This document shows positions 1-12,558 of a stretch of DNA of 64,000 nucleotides, piece by piece. Location of the stretch: the NCBI RefSeq assembly GCF_056712565.1, contig NZ_CM160072.1; one strand, given 5' to 3'. The notes below the pieces were generated by a model. The model was not told the DNA's origin. It was given only the letters and a program-made list of their open reading frames with translations, and searched no databases. The position numbers were made by a program, and so were the translations under genes. The first letter of the stretch is position 1. Each line of letters opens with the position of its first letter.

Positions 1-817
1 TCCAGAACGCCTGAAACGGATGAAAGAAGCATTCGACGCTGAGGCTGAGCAGACCATCACGCGCATGATTCGTAATGCACGCGCTGAAGCAGCCCATAAA
101 TTGCTGGGAATTACGCACGGTGAGATGACCAATGCTGTGACCACCGCTACGGGTATTGATACATATGCCCGTGATGATGCTGGCGAGTTAATGAAGAGCT
201 TCATGCTCTTCAAAACAACCCCATTTGCTGGATTTCGGCAACTTGTTAACAGAACACGGGATTTGGACACCGTTCCGGCCATTAAATTTCTGGCCTCATA
301 TATCGGGGGAACAACTCTTGCTGGTATGTTTGCGATCCAGATGAACAGTTTGTTAAATGGTAATGATCCGCTGGATATGACAAAACCAACCACATGGGTT
401 CAGGCTTTACTGAAAGGTGGTTCGTTCGGTATCTACGGTGATTTTATTTTCCAGGACCATACGCAATATGGCTCCAGCATCGGTGCCACTATGGGTGGCC
501 CTGTGTTGAGCTTTGCAGAGCAGTTAACAAAATTACTGATTACTAACCCACAGAAGGCTCTACAGGGTGAAGAAACATCATTCGGTGCCGATGCACTGAA
601 AACAGCCCGCATGATCACCCCATTCGCAAACCTGTGGTATGCGAAAGCGATAACCAATCACCTGATATTGCAACAACTTCAGGAGATGGCAAACCCTGGT
701 TACAATGATCGAGTAAGGGACCGCGCGCAACGGGAGTTCGACATAACGAGTTGGTGGGAACCGGGTGCTATTGCGCCACGTAGAGCACCGGATTTTGGAA
801 AGGCGGTAGGGGAATGA
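1..817 (+). CDS. Hypothetical protein, 5'-truncated at window edge (at least 272 aa visible); no family recognised; possible phage-structural or toxin-like C-terminal region
   Basis: Frame is open from position 2 to stop at 815-817; 265-aa ORF in track; stop overlaps next start (ATGA at 814-817); not part of K-12 dinD neighbourhood as I recall it. Confidence 0.5.
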   Translation, partial: PERLKRMKEAFDAEAEQTITRMIRNARAEAAHKLLGITHGEMTNAVTTATGIDTYARDDAGELMKSFMLFKTTPFAGFRQLVNRTRDLDTVPAIKFLASYIGGTTLAGMFAIQMNSLLNGNDPLDMTKPTTWVQALLKGGSFGIYGDFIFQDHTQYGSSIGATMGGPVLSFAEQLTKLLITNPQKALQGEETSFGADALKTARMITPFANLWYAKAITNHLILQQLQEMANPGYNDRVRDRAQREFDITSWWEPGAIAPRRAPDFGKAVGE

Positions 818-1155
818 AAAAGTTAAATACACCAACCAAAAGAGTTGGGGGGCTTCTGATTGTCATTGGAATTATATTTATACTTGCATCTATAATAGAA
901 ATATCAAGTAATGAGTTTGCTATTTCTGATAGTCCATATTATCGATCGCTAAATGCATATGATATTATTTTTATGTATTTAGAGCGAATTACAGATACTT
1001 TCATCATGACTCTAACATTTCAAACATGGAGTAGCCGTTTCAGTATATTAATGTTAGTAGGGTTTTGTTTATTTATTGTTGGTGTTCTTATTTCATATTT
1101 TTACGATGCTGGAATTGGCAGGGTTGTTAAGTGGATAAGAACGGGTAATTGGTGA
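814..1155 (+). CDS. Small AT-rich membrane protein (113 aa, 2-3 predicted hydrophobic helices), hypothetical; candidate immunity/accessory protein
   Basis: ORF in track; hydrophobic stretches GGLLIVIGIIFILASII and FSILMLVGFCLFIVGVLISYFY; visibly AT-rich compared with flanks; translationally coupled to upstream ORF. Confidence 0.5.
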   Translation: MKKLNTPTKRVGGLLIVIGIIFILASIIEISSNEFAISDSPYYRSLNAYDIIFMYLERITDTFIMTLTFQTWSSRFSILMLVGFCLFIVGVLISYFYDAGIGRVVKWIRTGNW

Positions 1156-1338
1156 TTATAAGCAAGCTATTGGTTTCATTGTTTATATCGTTGTCGGAAC
1201 TTTTTCAACTGACAGCAATCATAGCCGGGCTTGAATCGTGGTGGGGATTGCACTGGATAATTGCAGCCCCATTGCTTTCATCGTGAGCTATATTCCATTT
1301 GTTGGAGCGATTGTTGGTATGGTTGGCGCTATGGATGT

Positions 1339-1455
1339 ATGGTGTTGGGAGTGGTGGCAGGCTGGCCTTCTATTCTTTGGTGGATCATCTTTGCTATTGT
1401 CAGCGGTGGAATGTCATCATTTTTCGAATGGCTATCATTCAGAAAAAGAGCGTGA
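1339..1455 (+). CDS. Possible 38-aa hydrophobic peptide (MVLGVVAGWPSILWWIIFAIVSGGMSSFFEWLSFRKRA) with basic C-terminus; uncertain
   Basis: ATG at 1339 inside the 1261..1455 ORF; single predicted TM helix; immediately followed by terminator hairpin. Confidence 0.25.
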   Translation: MVLGVVAGWPSILWWIIFAIVSGGMSSFFEWLSFRKRA

Positions 1456-1463
1456 CATGTCAC

Positions 1464-1488
1464 AGGCCGCTTTCGCGGCCTTGTTTTT
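1464..1488 (+). terminator. Rho-independent terminator (stem AGGCCGC/GCGGCCT, loop TTTC, then TGTTTTT)
   Basis: Perfect 7-bp inverted repeat followed by T-run, read directly from sequence. Confidence 0.65.
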
Positions 1489-2129
1489 AACGAATGCCAC
1501 CGCCGCCCGGGCGGGAATCCGCAGATAAAAAAGCCCGCTGCACGGTTTTATTAATACTTATACCATTAGGATTGATCCTTCAATGGACAATCCTTCCATC
1601 GTGTGGCCAGCCATTCATATTCTTTGTCTTTTCTTCAGTACCGGCTTTGCATCTTCTACACCCTGAAAGATGTCGTTTTATGGTGTATCTGATGATTTAT
1701 TCCCTAACAATAGATATTCGAAAAATTAATCAGTTAAAACAATTATTTGGATAATTTCAGGTAAAAACTATCTTAATCTTCTGGTGGATCTCAATGCGCC
1801 GTGACGGTATCGGGATTAAGGGCGTGGATATTCGCGATATATGCCGCTACACCCCTCAACAGTAATAGATATGCGCTTTTCACGCTCTCCTTTCACTGCT
1901 GAGAACGGCAACAACGTGCCACAGGAACGCGCTGTAATCGATTCTGACGCACTTAATTGCGTTGGGTAATGGTTTGCCAGCCTGTGGGGGTAACTCTGTT
2001 TTATGAGGCTTTGGCTATAGTGCAAAAATGCACTTTGTCTTGCCTCTCAATTTGATGAGACTGGAACGACAACAGGACAGACCACCAGCAACAGTTACCG
2101 TATTCAGCCGTTCTGTGGCACCAGTGGAA

Positions 2130-2885
2130 CTATCCACCCCTGCTTTCAGCAATGTGTTTGCGGGTTATTTTGGGGCGTTTGCGGGTTATTTGGGATGTTT
2201 TGCGGGTTATGCGATGCTTGAATAATGAACAGTGCATTTTGCAACATATTGATACTAAAGAACAAAAAATAGTTAGCACACTAAGATAACCCGGTAACCC
2301 GCATAACCCGCACTGTTTTGTATATATATACGAAAAATTGCATTCAGGAGGGGGGATCGAAATCCCTACAACCCATTGCTTATGGGACCGCCGCCTCGTC
2401 AAATTTTTACACCCGCGAAATAAAAAATACTTCACGCTGGTGGGCATGATGCTGATATGAGAGGCTTCCATAACGCCACCATTCGAAACTATGCAAATCT
2501 GCATAGAAAAGGGGATGCCTGATACAATACCCTCGCCCGATAAAATCACACCGATAAACTCATCTGCCACGAGTAGAAAGAGCGAACGAACCCGATACGC
2601 AGTAATGCTGGTCGGGTCCAGCTTTTTAAGGCGGCTGTAGATATCAGGCCATCCGTGATCATCCACCAGCGTAATTGCTGAACGCTTTAAAAAAACGTGT
2701 ACATAAGGGTGTACATAATCAAAAACCGCATTAGAAAGAAACCAGATACAATGCGGCATTGAAGCCAACACTCTACAAACAGATCCAGAACATTGAATAA
2801 CTCGTAACGCCAATTCTTCCTTTTCAGCCTTCACAAATGCCGCCCACTCAAACAGAGCGGCATTTTTCCTCCCCGCAACATTCAA
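2130..2885 (-). CDS. Long open reading frame (251 codons, alternative start) divergent from dinD; hypothetical; may be real only in its 5' ~160 codons (about 2400-2885), distal part runs through the repeat array
   Basis: Open frame of 251 codons is unlikely by chance; no plus-strand ORF competes in 2226-3010; no family recognised. Confidence 0.3.
   Translation of the reverse strand: MNVAGRKNAALFEWAAFVKAEKEELALRVIQCSGSVCRVLASMPHCIWFLSNAVFDYVHPYVHVFLKRSAITLVDDHGWPDIYSRLKKLDPTSITAYRVRSLFLLVADEFIGVILSGEGIVSGIPFSMQICIVSNGGVMEASHISIMPTSVKYFLFRGCKNLTRRRSHKQWVVGISIPPPECNFSYIYTKQCGLCGLPGYLSVLTIFCSLVSICCKMHCSLFKHRITRKTSQITRKRPKITRKHIAESRGG
2157..2313. repeat. Iteron-like repeat array: three direct TTTGCGGGTTAT copies at 2157, 2178, 2199 (21-bp phase) and three inverted copies (ATAACCCGG / TAACCCGC / ATAACCCGCA) at 2286-2312, followed by AT-rich TGTATATATATAC
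   Basis: Exact repeats read from sequence; function (origin iterons, integrase arm sites or operator array) not determined. Confidence 0.6.
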
Positions 2886-2958
2886 TTCTGTTTTGCGTGC
2901 CTGCTCCAGATTTTGCGATGTTTTTTTGCCCAGCGCAGTGAGAACGTGAGATACTCAC

Positions 2959-2978
2959 AACTGTATATAAACACAGTT
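2959..2978. promoter_or_regulatory. LexA (SOS) box AACTGTATATAAACACAGTT upstream of dinD
   Basis: Matches CTGT-N8-ACAG consensus; dinD is a classical SOS gene; sits about 44 bp upstream of dinD ATG. Confidence 0.8.
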
Positions 2979-3021
2979 GTAAACTTACTTTCCTTGCAAT
3001 CGATATCATATGGAGTGGGCA

Positions 3022-3846
3022 ATGAACGAACATCATCAACCTTTTGAAGAAATACGGCATTATGGCACTGAAGGGCAAGAATTTTGGTCAGCGAGAGAAT
3101 TGGCACCGTTACTGGATTATCGGGACTGGCGCAATTTTCAAAAGGTACTGGCCCGCGCGACTCAAGCGTGCGAAGCCAGCAATCAAGCTGCATCTGACCA
3201 TTTCGTTGAAACCACCAAAATGGTTGTATTAGGTTCAGGGGCTCAACGAGAACTTGAAGATGTTCATCTCTCCCGCTATGCCTGTTACCTGGTAGTACAA
3301 AACGGCGACCCTGCGAAACCGGTTATTGCGGCAGGGCAAACTTATTTTGCTATCCAGACCCGACGGCAGGAGCTGGCTGACGATGAAGCTTTCAGGCAAC
3401 TTCGTGAAGACGAAAAGCGTCTTTTTCTGAGAAATGAGTTGAAAGAACATAACAAACAATTAGTTGAGGCAGCGCAGCAAGCTGGGGTAGCGACAGCTAT
3501 CGATTTCGCCATATTTCAGAATCATGGTTACCGGGGACTGTATGGTGGATTAGATCAGAAAGCCATCCATCAGCGGAAGGGGCTGAAAAAGAGTCAGAAG
3601 ATCCTGGATCATATGGGTTCAACAGAACTGGCGGCTAATCTCTTTCGAGCTACCCAAACAGAAGAAAAACTCAAGCGGGATGGCGTGAATTCAAAACAGC
3701 AAGCTAATACCACACACTTTGACGTGGGTCGCAAGGTGAGGCAAACCATTCAGGAACTTGGCGGAACCATGCCTGAGGAGTTGCCGACCCCGCAGGTCAG
3801 CATCAAGCAGTTGGAAAACAGTGTAAAAATTACAGAGAAGAAATAG
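3022..3846 (+). CDS. dinD: DNA damage-inducible protein D
   Basis: Translation MNEHHQPFEEIRHYGTEGQEFWSARELAPLL... recognised as DinD; preceded by LexA box. Confidence 0.9.
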   Translation: MNEHHQPFEEIRHYGTEGQEFWSARELAPLLDYRDWRNFQKVLARATQACEASNQAASDHFVETTKMVVLGSGAQRELEDVHLSRYACYLVVQNGDPAKPVIAAGQTYFAIQTRRQELADDEAFRQLREDEKRLFLRNELKEHNKQLVEAAQQAGVATAIDFAIFQNHGYRGLYGGLDQKAIHQRKGLKKSQKILDHMGSTELAANLFRATQTEEKLKRDGVNSKQQANTTHFDVGRKVRQTIQELGGTMPEELPTPQVSIKQLENSVKITEKK

Positions 3847-4137
3847 CAGAAAATAAAAACTCTTTTTGTTGATTGAGATACCCGATGCGTAAGCCAAAGT
3901 CCAGGTGCGGTGAACACAATGGCTAAACATTGCACCTTTCTTTTCCACCCCTCAATTTTAACCTATTTTTTCTTATGCATTTTCTCAGACAAGAAGTCAG
4001 AAGAATGCATCTACGCTACAGAAAATAGCGATTTCACATAACTACAAGTTATCAATTTCCTCTCACCTTAAAAAATCTCAATCGTGACAATACGCACAAA
4101 TCGCTACCCTGCCAGACAGATTTTTAGGGAGAGAACC

Positions 4138-6475
<2,338 letters not shown>

Positions 6476-6476
6476 G

Positions 6477-6526
<50 letters not shown>

Positions 6527-6581
6527 GAATCGTCTTTATTGCAGTGAATCACAGGCAAATGCGGAAGCAGCTACGCAAAAT

Positions 6582-7315
<734 letters not shown>

Positions 7316-7369
7316 ACCTGATTTCAGTATCATGCCCAGTCATTTCTTCACCTGTGGAGCTTTTTAAGT

Positions 7370-7645
7370 ATGGCACGCGTAACTGTTCAGGACGCTGTAG
7401 AGAAAATTGGTAACCGTTTTGACCTGGTACTGGTCGCCGCGCGTCGCGCTCGTCAGATGCAGGTAGGCGGAAAGGATCCGCTGGTACCGGAAGAAAACGA
7501 TAAAACCACTGTAATCGCGCTGCGCGAAATCGAAGAAGGTCTGATCAACAACCAGATCCTCGACGTTCGCGAACGCCAGGAACAGCAAGAGCAGGAAGCC
7601 GCTGAATTACAAGCCGTTACCGCTATTGCTGAAGGTCGTCGTTAA
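7370..7645 (+). CDS. rpoZ: RNA polymerase omega subunit
   Basis: [39 protein letters not shown] recognised. Confidence 0.95.
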
Positions 7646-7663
7646 TCACAAAGCGGGTCGCCC

Positions 7664-9772
7664 TTGTATCTGTTTGAAAGCCTGAATCAGCTGATTCAAA
7701 ACTACCTGCCGGAAGACCAAATCAAGCGTCTGCGGCAGGCGTATCTCGTTGCACGTGATGCTCACGAGGGGCAAACACGTTCAAGCGGTGAACCCTATAT
7801 CACGCACCCGGTGGCGGTTGCCTGCATTCTGGCCGAGATGAAACTCGACTATGAAACGCTGATGGCGGCGCTGCTGCATGATGTGATTGAAGATACACCC
7901 GCCACCTACCAGGACATGGAACAGCTTTTTGGTAAAAGCGTCGCCGAGCTGGTAGAGGGGGTGTCGAAACTTGATAAACTCAAGTTCCGCGATAAGAAAG
8001 AGGCGCAGGCCGAAAACTTTCGCAAGATGATTATGGCGATGGTGCAGGATATCCGCGTCATTCTCATCAAACTTGCCGACCGTACCCACAACATGCGCAC
8101 GCTGGGCTCACTTCGCCCGGACAAACGTCGCCGCATCGCCCGTGAAACTCTCGAAATATACAGCCCGCTGGCGCACCGTTTAGGTATCCACCACATTAAA
8201 ACCGAACTCGAGGAGCTGGGTTTTGAGGCGCTGTATCCCAACCGTTATCGCGTAATCAAAGAAGTGGTGAAAGCCGCGCGCGGCAACCGTAAAGAGATGA
8301 TCCAGAAGATTCTTTCTGAAATCGAAGGGCGTTTGCAGGAAGCGGGAATACCGTGCCGCGTCAGTGGTCGCGAAAAACATCTTTATTCGATTTACTGCAA
8401 AATGGTGCTCAAAGAGCAGCGTTTTCACTCAATCATGGACATCTACGCTTTCCGCGTGATCGTCAATGATTCTGACACCTGTTATCGCGTGCTGGGCCAG
8501 ATGCACAGCCTGTACAAGCCGCGTCCGGGCCGCGTGAAAGACTATATCGCCATTCCAAAAGCGAACGGCTATCAGTCTTTGCACACCTCGATGATTGGCC
8601 CGCACGGCGTGCCGGTTGAGGTCCAGATCCGTACCGAAGATATGGATCAGATGGCGGAGATGGGTGTTGCCGCGCACTGGGCTTATAAAGAGCACGGCGA
8701 AACCAGCACTACCGCGCAAATACGCGCCCAGCGCTGGATGCAAAGCCTGCTGGAGCTGCAACAGAGTGCCGGTAGCTCGTTTGAATTTATCGAGAGCGTT
8801 AAATCCGATCTCTTCCCGGATGAGATTTACGTTTTCACACCAGAAGGGCGCATTGTCGAACTGCCTGCCGGTGCAACGCCCGTCGACTTCGCTTATGCGG
8901 TGCATACCGATATCGGCCATGCCTGCGTGGGCGCACGCGTCGACCGCCAGCCTTACCCGCTGTCGCAGCCGCTTACTAGCGGTCAAACCGTTGAAATCAT
9001 TACCGCACCGGGTGCTCGCCCGAATGCCGCGTGGCTGAACTTTGTCGTCAGCTCGAAAGCGCGCGCCAAAATTCGTCAGTTGCTGAAAAACCTCAAGCGT
9101 GATGATTCTGTAAGCCTGGGCCGTCGTCTGCTCAACCATGCGTTGGGTGGTAGCCGTAAGCTCAATGAAATCCCGCAGGAAAATATTCAGCGCGAGCTGG
9201 ACCGCATGAAGCTGGCAACGCTTGACGATCTGCTGGCAGAAATCGGCCTTGGTAACGCAATGAGCGTGGTGGTCGCGAAAAATCTGCAACATGGGGACGC
9301 CTCCATTCCACCGGCAACCCAAAGTCACGGACATCTGCCCATTAAAGGTGCCGATGGCGTGCTGATCACCTTTGCGAAATGCTGCCGCCCAATTCCTGGC
9401 GACCCGATTATCGCCCACGTCAGCCCCGGTAAAGGTCTGGTGATCCACCATGAATCCTGCCGTAACATCCGTGGCTACCAGAAAGAGCCAGAGAAGTTTA
9501 TGGCTGTTGAATGGGATAAAGAGACGGCGCAGGAATTCATCACCGAAATCAAGGTGGAGATGTTCAATCATCAGGGCGCGCTGGCAAACCTGACGGCGGC
9601 AATTAACACCACGACCTCGAATATTCAAAGTTTGAATACGGAAGAGAAAGATGGTCGCGTCTATAGCGCCTTTATTCGTCTGACCGCCCGTGACCGTGTG
9701 CATCTGGCGAATATCATGCGCAAAATCCGCGTGATGCCAGACGTGATTAAAGTCACCCGAAACCGAAATTAA
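7664..9772 (+). CDS. spoT: Bifunctional (p)ppGpp synthase/hydrolase SpoT (TTG start)
   Basis: 702-aa ORF starting TTG at 7664; HD domain and ACT/TGS regions recognisable; synteny. Confidence 0.95.
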   Translation: MYLFESLNQLIQNYLPEDQIKRLRQAYLVARDAHEGQTRSSGEPYITHPVAVACILAEMKLDYETLMAALLHDVIEDTPATYQDMEQLFGKSVAELVEGVSKLDKLKFRDKKEAQAENFRKMIMAMVQDIRVILIKLADRTHNMRTLGSLRPDKRRRIARETLEIYSPLAHRLGIHHIKTELEELGFEALYPNRYRVIKEVVKAARGNRKEMIQKILSEIEGRLQEAGIPCRVSGREKHLYSIYCKMVLKEQRFHSIMDIYAFRVIVNDSDTCYRVLGQMHSLYKPRPGRVKDYIAIPKANGYQSLHTSMIGPHGVPVEVQIRTEDMDQMAEMGVAAHWAYKEHGETSTTAQIRAQRWMQSLLELQQSAGSSFEFIESVKSDLFPDEIYVFTPEGRIVELPAGATPVDFAYAVHTDIGHACVGARVDRQPYPLSQPLTSGQTVEIITAPGARPNAAWLNFVVSSKARAKIRQLLKNLKRDDSVSLGRRLLNHALGGSRKLNEIPQENIQRELDRMKLATLDDLLAEIGLGNAMSVVVAKNLQHGDASIPPATQSHGHLPIKGADGVLITFAKCCRPIPGDPIIAHVSPGKGLVIHHESCRNIRGYQKEPEKFMAVEWDKETAQEFITEIKVEMFNHQGALANLTAAINTTTSNIQSLNTEEKDGRVYSAFIRLTARDRVHLANIMRKIRVMPDVIKVTRNRN

Positions 9773-9778
9773 TGTTTT

Positions 9779-10468
9779 ATGAACCCAACACGTTATGCAC
9801 GCATCTGCGAAATGCTCGCCAGGCGGCAGCCTGATCTGACCGTCTGCATGGAGCAGGTCCACAAACCTCATAACGTTTCTGCGATTATTCGTACCGCAGA
9901 TGCCGTTGGCGTACATGAAGTTCATGCTGTCTGGCCTGGCAGCCGGATGCGCACCATGGCTTCGGCAGCTGCGGGTAGTAACAGCTGGGTACAGGTGAAA
10001 ACGCACCGCACCATTGGCGATGCCGTCGCTCATCTGAAAGGCCAGGGCATGCAGATTCTGGCAACCCATCTTTCTGATAACGCTGTTGATTTCCGCGAAA
10101 TTGATTACACTCGCCCGACCTGTATTTTGATGGGACAGGAGAAAACGGGCATCACGCAGGAAGCGTTGGCCCTGGCGGATCAGGATATCATCATTCCGAT
10201 GATCGGCATGGTGCAGTCGCTGAATGTTTCCGTTGCCTCAGCCCTCATTCTTTACGAAGCCCAGCGCCAGCGGCAAAATGCGGGCATGTACCTGCGTGAA
10301 AACAGCATGTTGCCGGAAGCCGAGCAACAACGCCTGCTGTTTGAAGGCGGCTATCCGGTGCTGGCGAAAGTCGCAAAACGCAAAGGTCTGCCCTACCCCC
10401 ACGTTAATCAGCAAGGCGAGATTGAAGCCGATGCTGACTGGTGGTCCACCATGCAGGCCGCAGGGTAA
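9779..10468 (+). CDS. trmH: tRNA (Gm18) 2'-O-methyltransferase
   Basis: MNPTRYARICEMLARRQPDLTVCMEQVHKPHNVSAIIRTADAVGV recognised (SpoU family). Confidence 0.95.
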   Translation: MNPTRYARICEMLARRQPDLTVCMEQVHKPHNVSAIIRTADAVGVHEVHAVWPGSRMRTMASAAAGSNSWVQVKTHRTIGDAVAHLKGQGMQILATHLSDNAVDFREIDYTRPTCILMGQEKTGITQEALALADQDIIIPMIGMVQSLNVSVASALILYEAQRQRQNAGMYLRENSMLPEAEQQRLLFEGGYPVLAKVAKRKGLPYPHVNQQGEIEADADWWSTMQAAG

Positions 10469-10473
10469 GCGCG

Positions 10474-12555
10474 ATGAAAGGTCGCCTGTTAGATGCTGTC
10501 CCGCTCAGTTCCCTAACGGGCGTTGGCGCAGCGCTTAGTAACAAGCTGGCGAAAATCAACCTGCATACCGTACAGGATTTGCTCTTACACCTTCCTCTGC
10601 GCTACGAAGATCGCACACATCTCTACCCCATCGGTGAACTACTGCCGGGTGTTTATGCCACGGTGGAAGGCGAAGTGCTGAACTGCAATATCTCCTTCGG
10701 CGGTCGGCGGATGATGACCTGCCAGATCAGCGACGGTTCCGGCATTCTCACTATGCGCTTTTTCAACTTCAATGCGGCAATGAAAAATAGCCTGGCGACA
10801 GGCCGCCGCGTGCTGGCCTATGGCGAAGCAAAGCGCGGCAAATATGGTGCGGAGATGATCCACCCGGAATACCGCGTACAGGGCGATCTCAGCACGCCAG
10901 AGTTACAGGAAACGCTCACGCCGGTTTACCCAACTACGGAAGGCGTAAAGCAGGCTACGCTGCGTAAATTAACCGACCAGGCGCTGGATCTGCTCGACAC
11001 ATGCGCCATTGAAGAACTCCTGCCGCCGGAACTGTCACAAGGAATGATGACGCTACCGGAAGCGTTGCGCACTTTGCACCGCCCGCCGCCGACGCTACAG
11101 CTTAGCGATCTCGAAACCGGGCAGCATCCGGCACAACGCCGGCTGATTCTGGAAGAGTTGCTGGCGCACAACCTCAGCATGTTGGCGTTACGTGCCGGTG
11201 CACAACGTTTTCATGCTCAGCCGCTGAGCGCCAATGACGCGCTGAAAAATAAACTCCTCGCCGCCTTACCGTTCAAGCCAACGGGCGCACAGGCACGCGT
11301 AGTGGCGGAGATCGAGCGCGATATGGCGCTGGATGTGCCGATGATGCGTCTGGTGCAGGGCGATGTAGGTTCCGGTAAAACGCTGGTCGCTGCCCTCGCC
11401 GCGTTGCGTGCGGTTGCCCACGGCAAACAGGTGGCCCTGATGGCACCAACCGAATTACTCGCCGAGCAGCACGCCAATAACTTTCGTAACTGGTTTGCAC
11501 CGCTCGGTATCGAAGTAGGCTGGCTCGCCGGAAAACAGAAAGGTAAAGCACGACTGGCTCAGCAAGAAGCCATCGCCAGCGGTCAGGTGCAGATGATTGT
11601 TGGTACGCACGCCATTTTCCAGGAACAGGTGCAGTTTAACGGCCTGGCGCTGGTGATTATCGACGAACAGCATCGTTTTGGCGTACATCAGCGTCTGGCG
11701 TTATGGGAGAAAGGCCAGCAGCAGGGCTTCCATCCGCATCAGTTGATCATGACCGCCACGCCCATCCCCCGCACGCTGGCGATGACTGCGTATGCCGATC
11801 TCGATACCTCGGTGATAGATGAGCTGCCACCAGGCCGCACGCCAGTGACTACGGTCGCTATTCCTGATACCCGCCGTACCGATATCATTGACCGCGTGCG
11901 CCACGCCTGTATGACTGAAGGGCGTCAGGCGTACTGGGTTTGTACGTTGATTGAAGAGTCGGAATTACTGGAAGCGCAGGCGGCGGAAGCGACCTGGGAA
12001 GAGTTGAAACTGGCGCTACCAGAGTTGAATGTTGGCCTGGTACACGGACGGATGAAACCCGCCGAGAAACAGGCGGTGATGGCGTCGTTTAAACAAGGTG
12101 AACTACACCTGCTGGTTGCCACTACTGTCATTGAAGTCGGTGTTGATGTACCCAATGCCAGTCTGATGATTATCGAAAACCCGGAGCGTCTGGGTCTGGC
12201 GCAGTTACACCAGTTACGTGGCCGCGTGGGTCGTGGCGCGGTGGCCTCTCACTGCGTGCTGCTCTACAAAACGCCGCTCTCCAAAACCGCGCAAATCCGC
12301 CTGCAGGTACTACGCGACAGCAACGATGGTTTTGTGATTGCACAGAAAGATCTGGAGATTCGCGGCCCTGGCGAATTGTTAGGTACACGTCAGACGGGGA
12401 ATGCTGAATTTAAAGTGGCGGATTTACTGCGCGATCAGGCGATGATCCCGGAAGTTCAGCGCCTGGCGCGACATATTCACGAACGTTACCCACAACAGGC
12501 AAAAGCCCTGATAGAACGCTGGATGCCAGAAACAGAACGTTACTCGAATGCGTAA
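10474..12555 (+). CDS. recG: ATP-dependent DNA helicase RecG
   Basis: MKGRLLDAVPLSSLTGVGAA...; helicase motifs GSGKT, DEQH; ORF in track 10441..12555. Confidence 0.95.
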   Translation: MKGRLLDAVPLSSLTGVGAALSNKLAKINLHTVQDLLLHLPLRYEDRTHLYPIGELLPGVYATVEGEVLNCNISFGGRRMMTCQISDGSGILTMRFFNFNAAMKNSLATGRRVLAYGEAKRGKYGAEMIHPEYRVQGDLSTPELQETLTPVYPTTEGVKQATLRKLTDQALDLLDTCAIEELLPPELSQGMMTLPEALRTLHRPPPTLQLSDLETGQHPAQRRLILEELLAHNLSMLALRAGAQRFHAQPLSANDALKNKLLAALPFKPTGAQARVVAEIERDMALDVPMMRLVQGDVGSGKTLVAALAALRAVAHGKQVALMAPTELLAEQHANNFRNWFAPLGIEVGWLAGKQKGKARLAQQEAIASGQVQMIVGTHAIFQEQVQFNGLALVIIDEQHRFGVHQRLALWEKGQQQGFHPHQLIMTATPIPRTLAMTAYADLDTSVIDELPPGRTPVTTVAIPDTRRTDIIDRVRHACMTEGRQAYWVCTLIEESELLEAQAAEATWEELKLALPELNVGLVHGRMKPAEKQAVMASFKQGELHLLVATTVIEVGVDVPNASLMIIENPERLGLAQLHQLRGRVGRGAVASHCVLLYKTPLSKTAQIRLQVLRDSNDGFVIAQKDLEIRGPGELLGTRQTGNAEFKVADLLRDQAMIPEVQRLARHIHERYPQQAKALIERWMPETERYSNA

Positions 12556-12558
12556 AAA

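Noticed and set aside
1494-2025. Short ORFs (1494..1754 plus, 1816..2025 minus) in the spacer between the terminator and the repeat array
   Set aside because: No start context, odd composition and no recognisable domain; treated as non-coding spacer, although a small RNA cannot be excluded.
2028-2225. 65-aa plus-strand ORF with repeated AGYFG motifs
   Set aside because: The repetition is just the translation of the 21-bp DNA repeats; more likely a protein-binding array than a coding sequence.
2340-2385. tRNA-like 3' fragment (GGGGGATCGAAATCCCTACAACCC) that might mark an integration site
   Set aside because: Only a weak 4-bp T-arm-like stem, no CCA end and no acceptor-stem partner; not a convincing tRNA or tRNA fragment.
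8429-10069. 546-aa minus-strand ORF antisense to spoT/trmH
   Set aside because: Lies entirely opposite well-recognised genes; typical shadow ORF in GC-rich coding sequence.
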